A DNA stretch of 49,791 bases, taken from Bacteroidota bacterium. Its GTDB lineage: Bacteria > Bacteroidota > Ignavibacteria > Ignavibacteriales > Melioribacteraceae. Shown here one piece after another: positions 46,595 to 49,791 of this stretch; the first letter of the stretch is position 1, and each line of letters begins with the position of its first letter. The stretch covers positions 1-49,791 of the forward strand of contig JAJRZB010000127.1 in NCBI GenBank assembly GCA_024275455.1, given 5' to 3'. Under the pieces are notes generated by a model. That model worked only from the letters and a program-made list of their open reading frames with translations. It was not told the origin of the DNA and ran no database searches. The translations under genes were made by a program, and so were the position numbers.

Positions 46595-47068
46595 ATGTCT
46601 TATTATATAGAATTAAGATCATTACACGTACTATTTGCCGGAATGTGGATTATATTTTTTGCCGCAGATTTAATCCTAAGAAAGCAAATTGAAACATCAA
46701 CAACCGAAGAAATAAAAAACAAGTTTATTTCACTTTATCTAAAATTTACAAATCTCTTTGGAATTGTTGGTTCCATTGGAATTGCGATTACCGGAATTTT
46801 CTTAGTTATGATGAGTTCAACGTTCGGTTTTTTTGATATGTCATCTGATCATTGGTTAGCAACAAAACAGATTTTATTTATAATAATATTGCTAAACACA
46901 TTTTTTAGAATTATTCCGGCTTCTAAAAAACTTAGAAAATCAATAGAGGAAAACAATTTAGAGGCAACTGATAAACAATTTACACTAATTAAAAAAGTAA
47001 ATATGCTAATTAATATTCTTGTAATACTAAATTTTATCTTTGCAATAACACATAGAATGTATTCTTAA
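46595..47068 (+). CDS. integral membrane protein of unknown function (about 4 TM helices)
   Basis: 157 aa with four hydrophobic segments. No recognisable motif. Confidence 0.5.
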   Translation: MSYYIELRSLHVLFAGMWIIFFAADLILRKQIETSTTEEIKNKFISLYLKFTNLFGIVGSIGIAITGIFLVMMSSTFGFFDMSSDHWLATKQILFIIILLNTFFRIIPASKKLRKSIEENNLEATDKQFTLIKKVNMLINILVILNFIFAITHRMYS

Positions 47069-47141
47069 TATCTGACTTACTATTAGTAACAGAAAATGCT
47101 ATCTTATGTGTTTTAAATTCAAAAAATAATACTTCTTTTTA

Positions 47142-48284
47142 ATGAAAAAAGTTCTGCTTCTCGGTTCAACCGGCTCAATTGGAGTAAATACATTAGACGT
47201 AATTAGAAACTTCAAGGATAAATTTGAAGTTTTTGCTCTAACAGCTAATTCTAATATTAGATTATTAAGTGAGCAGATTGAAGAATTTAATCCCAAATTT
47301 GCCGTAATTAAAAACGAAGATAAATTTGATGATCTTAAAAATTTAGTTTCGGGTAATTGTAAAATTTTATCCGGTGAACAAGGTCTTATCGAAATAACAA
47401 AAAACGGTGATTATGATATTTTACTTTCTTCTTTGGTTGGTTTTGCAGGTTTAGCACCAACCATTGAAAGTATAAAACGAGGGAAAAGAATTGCTCTGGC
47501 AAACAAGGAAACATTGGTTGCAGCCGGTGCAATTGTAATGAATTTAGCTAAAAAATTTAATGCGGAAATTCTTCCGGTTGATTCTGAACACAGTGCTATT
47601 TTTCAATGCTTGGTTGGTGAAGATGTTAAAAATGTTGAGAAACTGATTATTACTGCTTCGGGCGGACCTTTCAGAACATTGACGTTAAATGATTTACATC
47701 AAGTTTCTGTTGAGCAGGCTTTAAATCATCCGAATTGGAATATGGGGAATAAAGTTACAATCGACTCGGCAACCATGATGAATAAAGGATTGGAGGTTAT
47801 AGAAGCACATTGGCTATTTAATTTACCCAAAAGTAAAATCGATGTGGTTGTTCATCCGCAATCAATAGTACATTCAATGGTCGAATTTGTTGATGGTAAT
47901 ATTAAAGCTCAACTAAGTTTACCGGACATGAAATTGCCTATTCAATATGCACTTACATATCCCGAAAGGCTAAAAAGCAATTATGTTAATACTCATTTTC
48001 CGTCATTAAAAGAATTGTCTTTTTATGAACCAAATTTAGAAAAATTCAAATGCCTTCAATTAGCATTTGATGTTATGGAACAAGGAGGAACAGCGCCTTG
48101 TATACTTAATGCGGCAAACGAAATTGCCGTGGAAAAGTTTTTAAATAAACAAATTGGATTTACTCAAATTGCAAAGTTAATTGAAAATTCACTTAACGAA
48201 ATCAATATAAATCCGATTGTTGATTTTGAAACCATTTTAGAATGTGATCGTCAAACAAGGGAGATTTCAAAAAGATTTAATTAA
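47142..48284 (+). CDS. dxr: 1-deoxy-D-xylulose-5-phosphate reductoisomerase
   Basis: 380 aa. LLGSTGSIG, LANKETLV, DSEHSAIFQC, ASGGPFR, and HPNWNMGNKVTIDSATMMNKGLEVIEA. Confidence 0.94.
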   Translation: MKKVLLLGSTGSIGVNTLDVIRNFKDKFEVFALTANSNIRLLSEQIEEFNPKFAVIKNEDKFDDLKNLVSGNCKILSGEQGLIEITKNGDYDILLSSLVGFAGLAPTIESIKRGKRIALANKETLVAAGAIVMNLAKKFNAEILPVDSEHSAIFQCLVGEDVKNVEKLIITASGGPFRTLTLNDLHQVSVEQALNHPNWNMGNKVTIDSATMMNKGLEVIEAHWLFNLPKSKIDVVVHPQSIVHSMVEFVDGNIKAQLSLPDMKLPIQYALTYPERLKSNYVNTHFPSLKELSFYEPNLEKFKCLQLAFDVMEQGGTAPCILNAANEIAVEKFLNKQIGFTQIAKLIENSLNEININPIVDFETILECDRQTREISKRFN

Positions 48285-48386
48285 TTGCTTTTTTCAAAAA
48301 AAAATTCATCATTTACAAATCTTTCTATTAATTACATATATATATTTTGTTAAATACTCATTTGTTTTTTTAAGGAGAAAATTAGA

Positions 48387-49745
48387 TTGGTCGATTCAAT
48401 AATATATTTTATAATAACAATTGCAATACTTGTTTTCGTTCATGAATTAGGGCATTTTCTGGCAGCAAGAATTTGTAAAATGCGTACCGATGCCTTTGCA
48501 ATTGGTTTTGGAAAAAGATTGTTCGGTTGGAATCAAATAAACGGATTTACTTTTGGTGATTTGGATAAAGATATAGATTTACAAGGTCACACCGATTACA
48601 AAATATGTATGCTTCCTTTAGGCGGTTACGTAAAGATTGCCGGAATGGTTGACGAAAGTTTTGATACAAAATTTGCAAATCAAGAACCGAAGCCATACGA
48701 GTTTAGAGCAAAACCAACATACCAAAAATTATTCGTAATAACTGCCGGCGTTATGATGAATTTAACTCTTGCCATTTTAATTTTTTGGGGAGTTAATTAT
48801 TTTCAAGGTAAGCAAATAATGAAAACAACATCAATTGGTGTTGTTGCTGATACAACTCTTGCTTATGAAGCAGGATTTAGAACCAATGACAAAATATTAT
48901 CGGTGAATGGTAAGGAAGTAAATGATTGGGAAAGTTTATTAAGCACTTTATTAATTGAAAATCTTGGAAGCAATGTTAATGTTAAAGTTGAAAGAAATGG
49001 AAAAATAACCGAATTTACAGCACCCAAAGATATACTCGCTAAAGCATCTCAGGAATCTTCATTTTTTACACTTGGTGATATCAAACCAATGGTAAATAGT
49101 GTTGGAGAAGATACGCCGGCACTTAAAGCCGGAATACAGCCGGGAGATGTTTTTCTTGAAATTAACAATACTAAAACCGCAAATACTCAACAAGTAATTT
49201 CCCTTATTTCTACAAATAAGGAAGTTGAACTTCCTATAGTTTTACTTAGAAAGGAAGATACAATACGTACAACTGTTATTCCCGCAGAAAACGGAAGAAT
49301 TGGTATTAGTATTGCTGATACTTTTACAGGTGAAGTTGAATATAAAGATTACGGATTAGGCGAATCCTTAATCAAAAGTATTTCCAATATAGGAGGGTAT
49401 ACCGCTTTAACGTTTAAAATGTTCGGCAATGTAATTAGAGGTGATGTAGCATTTGAAAGTTCGTTTGGCGGTCCGGTAAAAATAGCAAAATTTGCCGCAG
49501 ACTCTGCCGATGCCGGTATTATTCCCTTTTTAATGTTTTTAGCTTTATTGAGTTTAAGTTTGGCAATTTTAAATATTATGCCTTTCCCGGTTTTAGACGG
49601 CGGTCATTTTGTTATCATATTAATTGAAGGAATTATACGAAGAGAAATTCCTATAAAATTAAAGCTTGCTATACAAAACCTAGGTTTCGTTATTTTACTT
49701 ATGTTTATGGCATATATTATTTATACTGATATTGCAAGCTTGTAA
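48387..49745 (+). CDS. rseP: RIP metalloprotease RseP (M50 site-2 protease) with PDZ domains
   Basis: 452 aa with a TTG start. HELGHF zinc motif, internal PDZ-like segments, and a C-terminal NIMPFPVLDGGH. It lies directly after dxr, as in many bacteria. Confidence 0.9.
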   Translation: MVDSIIYFIITIAILVFVHELGHFLAARICKMRTDAFAIGFGKRLFGWNQINGFTFGDLDKDIDLQGHTDYKICMLPLGGYVKIAGMVDESFDTKFANQEPKPYEFRAKPTYQKLFVITAGVMMNLTLAILIFWGVNYFQGKQIMKTTSIGVVADTTLAYEAGFRTNDKILSVNGKEVNDWESLLSTLLIENLGSNVNVKVERNGKITEFTAPKDILAKASQESSFFTLGDIKPMVNSVGEDTPALKAGIQPGDVFLEINNTKTANTQQVISLISTNKEVELPIVLLRKEDTIRTTVIPAENGRIGISIADTFTGEVEYKDYGLGESLIKSISNIGGYTALTFKMFGNVIRGDVAFESSFGGPVKIAKFAADSADAGIIPFLMFLALLSLSLAILNIMPFPVLDGGHFVIILIEGIIRREIPIKLKLAIQNLGFVILLMFMAYIIYTDIASL

Positions 49746-49791
49746 ATAAACAGATTGCAAGAGCAATCTGTTTTACATAAATAGTTCTTTA

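Overview
AT-rich bacterial chromosomal window with mostly housekeeping genes. The phylum guess is FCB-group-like (Ignavibacteria/Bacteroidota-type), an inference from a T9SS C-terminal sorting domain, a TonB-dependent receptor and a BatA-type protein. The backbone is a replication-type cluster on the minus strand (dnaN-recF-DUF721-gyrB-gyrA, followed by a PLP Cys/Met enzyme). It is divergent from rpmH-rnpA-yidD-yidC, and no dnaA lies between them. Other recognisable genes are hflX, hutH, glycerate kinase, serC, DUF1015, a TlpA-like redoxin, OsmC, ahcY, metK, an NMO/FabK-like oxidoreductase, dxr and rseP. Also present are a PlpD-like patatin-Omp85 fusion, an S8 protease with a T9SS tail, and a SpoIID/LytB protein. 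I found no rRNA, tRNA, CRISPR array, transposase or integrase. The most striking observation is that eight conserved genes are broken by ten lesions. Seven are in-frame TAA/TAG codons, in the S8 protease, recF, the TonB receptor, hutH, DUF1015 and twice in ahcY. Three are single-base frameshifts, each consistent with one base missing from an A/T run, in the TonB receptor, a saccharopine-dehydrogenase-family gene and metK. Because essential genes are hit while neighbours are intact, consensus error and genuine decay cannot be told apart from sequence alone. Stop-codon reassignment is unlikely. The second notable item is a four-helix-bundle (23S-IVS/Avd-like) gene bracketed by two homologous hairpin-forming repeats, lying between DUF1015 and serC. 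I did not find a convincing novel multi-gene system. The best unexplained candidates are the GT2 / HxHxQ-HIT-like / small PD-(D/E)xK-like trio at 20969-24064 and a few uncharacterised small genes.
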